Assembly: GCA_039178415.1 (NCBI GenBank)
Contig: JBCDFF010000001.1
Coordinates: 1-54,258 of the forward strand
Direction of reading: 5' to 3'
Length of the DNA stretch: 54,258 nt
From: Bacteroidota bacterium
GTDB taxonomy: Bacteria; Bacteroidota; Rhodothermia; Rhodothermales; Rubricoccaceae
Shown here: piece by piece, positions 52,672-54,258 of the stretch
How the letters are laid out: each line of letters begins with the position of its first letter
Position numbering within the stretch: the first letter of the stretch is position 1
Program-made: the position numbers and the translations under genes
Notes under the pieces: model-generated
The model's input: only the letters and a program-made list of their open reading frames with translations
Told to the model about the DNA's origin: nothing
Database searches by the model: none

Positions 52672-52861
52672 AGACTGAGCCGTGCCTGGACGCCCCACGC
52701 AGCCCGTGAATATCTTACGTCGCACCACCTCGACGGGGCACCAGGCGACGCGCGGGCTCCCCCTGTCTTGAGAAATAACATCTCGATGCCCTCGTTAGAA
52801 CCAGCCACGGCGGGGCCGCGAACAGTGCTCCGACGCATAGCCAGTCCTTAAAAACAGCTCG

Positions 52862-53989
52862 ATGGCGACCATACACCCCGACGAGGCCGGCGCACGACCA
52901 GAATACAAGGCCCTAGTGCTCTGCTGCCGGACCGAGCTGACGCCCGCACACGCCGACCACCTCGCGCGGTACCTGAGCGACGAGGATTTGCAGTGGAACT
53001 ACCTGGTCACGCTGGCCGGGTACCACGGGGTGCAGCCGCTGCTCTACTGCCACCTCCGGAGCATGGAAGAGCACTTGCTCTCTGAGAAGCACATGACGTG
53101 GCTGCGCGGCGTCGTCGGGGCACGCTCGGCTCACAGCCTGGTGCTGATGCAGGAGCTAGGCCGCCTAACCGAACTCTGTGCTCAGCAGCACCTCCCCATG
53201 CTCGCAGTGAAAGGGGCGGTCCTGGCCCAGAGTGTGTACGGCGGCGTTGCCCTCCGGCCCTTCGCAGACATCGACCTCGTGATCCGGCGCGAGGACTTTA
53301 CGCACCTGGAGACGCTGCTCCGGCAGCAGGGCTACGGATCCAGGAAGATGAGCCCGTTCCAGAAGACGAGCTACCTCTACATCAACGGCCAGTACACCTT
53401 CTGGCGGCGCATCCCGAGCCTGGGCGAAGCCGCCGCGTTCATCGACGTGCACACCGCCATCATGCCGCCGGGCTACGCCTACTCGGAAAACTTCGACGCA
53501 CTGACGGCGCGCTCCGTGACCGTGCCGGTTGCCGGACGCCAGGTGCCGACGCTCGGGCGCGAGGACCTGCTCCAGGTGATCTGCTACCACGGCTTCAAAA
53601 ACCGGTGGGACCGGTTCAAGTACATCTGCGACCTCGCCGAGCTGATCCGCGCGTCCCCGGACATGGACTGGGAAGCAGCGTACCACCGGATGCACGCGAT
53701 GCGCAGCCGGCGCGTACTCCGGCTGGGCCTGTTCCTCGCCTCCGCGCTGCTGGACGCTCCGCTGCCCAGGCAGGTCTGGGAGGACGTGCGGGAGGACCGC
53801 CGCGTCAGGGACATCGGGCACGCCATCATCGACCGGCTGCCCAGACAGGCCCACATCAAGGTGGAGCCCTACTGGGAGCGCGTGCGGCTCAACGTCTTGG
53901 CGCAGGACACAGTCGGGGGCGGGCTCCGGTACGGGGCGTATTCCGCCGCCCGCAAAGTGACCGACCTGTACCTGCCTGCAGGCGAGTAG
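52862..53989 (+). CDS. Uncharacterised nucleotidyltransferase family protein (NTP_transf_5-like)
   Basis: LAVKGAVLAQSVYGGVALRPFADIDLVIRREDFTHLETLLRQQGY is the hallmark block of this family, which is known to accompany kinase-containing lasso clusters. Confidence 0.6.
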   Translation: MATIHPDEAGARPEYKALVLCCRTELTPAHADHLARYLSDEDLQWNYLVTLAGYHGVQPLLYCHLRSMEEHLLSEKHMTWLRGVVGARSAHSLVLMQELGRLTELCAQQHLPMLAVKGAVLAQSVYGGVALRPFADIDLVIRREDFTHLETLLRQQGYGSRKMSPFQKTSYLYINGQYTFWRRIPSLGEAAAFIDVHTAIMPPGYAYSENFDALTARSVTVPVAGRQVPTLGREDLLQVICYHGFKNRWDRFKYICDLAELIRASPDMDWEAAYHRMHAMRSRRVLRLGLFLASALLDAPLPRQVWEDVREDRRVRDIGHAIIDRLPRQAHIKVEPYWERVRLNVLAQDTVGGGLRYGAYSAARKVTDLYLPAGE

Positions 53990-54011
53990 TCACCCGGCGG
54001 CACCTCGGACG

Positions 54012-54258
54012 CTACTGCGGCGCGGGGCCGGACTGGCTCTGCTCCCACCGTATGGCGAACTGCAGGAGTTCGGTCACCGTCTCAAACCCCAGCTTCTCCT
54101 TCGCCCGGCGGCGGTATGTCTCGACCGTCTTCCGACTCAGGTTCAGGCGCTCGGCGATCTCCTCGGTCGGCTTGCCCTGGCCCAGCATCTGGAAGACCGC
54201 CATCTCGCGGTCGGTCAGGTCCTCCAGCCCCGGCGTCGACTCCCCGAGCCTGGCCGCG
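54012..54258 (-). CDS. LuxR/FixJ-type HTH regulator, C-terminal part (partial, continues beyond the right edge)
   Basis: LTDREMAVFQMLGQGKPTEEIAERLNLSRKTVETYRRRAKEKLG is the GerE/LuxR HTH. The reading frame stays open to position 54258. Confidence 0.8.
   Translation of the reverse strand, partial: AARLGESTPGLEDLTDREMAVFQMLGQGKPTEEIAERLNLSRKTVETYRRRAKEKLGFETVTELLQFAIRWEQSQSGPAPQ

Noticed and set aside
1-54258. Search for CRISPR arrays, IS elements, integrases and phage or defence genes
   Set aside because: No regularly spaced short repeats were found, and no transposase, integrase or recombinase-like ORFs. The only repeats found are intragenic paralog segments and one 15-nt tandem duplication.

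Overview
High-GC bacterial chromosomal segment. Typical coding lines are about 70% G+C by my own count, and a few patches are about 48%. It is probably from a Bacteroidota/Rhodothermota-type organism, because a Por/T9SS C-terminal sorting-domain protein is encoded at 37735-38484. Layout: (1) Left edge: convergent tRNA-Asn(GTT) and tRNA-Leu(CAG) with hairpin terminators, then a large secreted beta-helix protein (873-4013). (2) 3971-37499: an uninterrupted run of 30 minus-strand genes, many with 4-nt ATGA start/stop overlaps. They form a very large surface-glycan locus: 14 glycosyltransferases (GT4/GT-B and GT2), 8 sulfotransferases of several sequence types, a NodU-type carbamoyltransferase, a PRTase-HAD fusion, a Wzy-like polymerase, Wzm/Wzt ABC export, and an AsnB amidotransferase. 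The run ends in a small anchored protein plus an HTTM-like (gamma-carboxylase-like) membrane protein. (3) 39013-43679 (+): a Wzc-type chain-length/tyrosine-kinase protein, a small SLBB-like protein and a WecA-type initiating transferase. (4) 43837-53989 (+): a lasso-peptide operon (RRE/B1, B2 protease, Cys-less AsnB-like cyclase, precursor, HPr-kinase-like kinase, ABC exporter). It is translationally coupled to a second, inverted copy of the small-protein/HTTM-like pair, then a membrane EEP phosphoesterase and an NTP_transf_5-type nucleotidyltransferase. (5) Right edge: partial LuxR-type regulator. The most interesting items are the atypical 40-42 aa acidic lasso core, the HTTM/SdpAB-like pair fused to the lasso operon and duplicated at the far end of the glycan operon, and the apparently heavily sulfated glycan pathway. 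No CRISPR, transposase or integrase was seen. All family assignments come from motifs read by eye; no database search was run.
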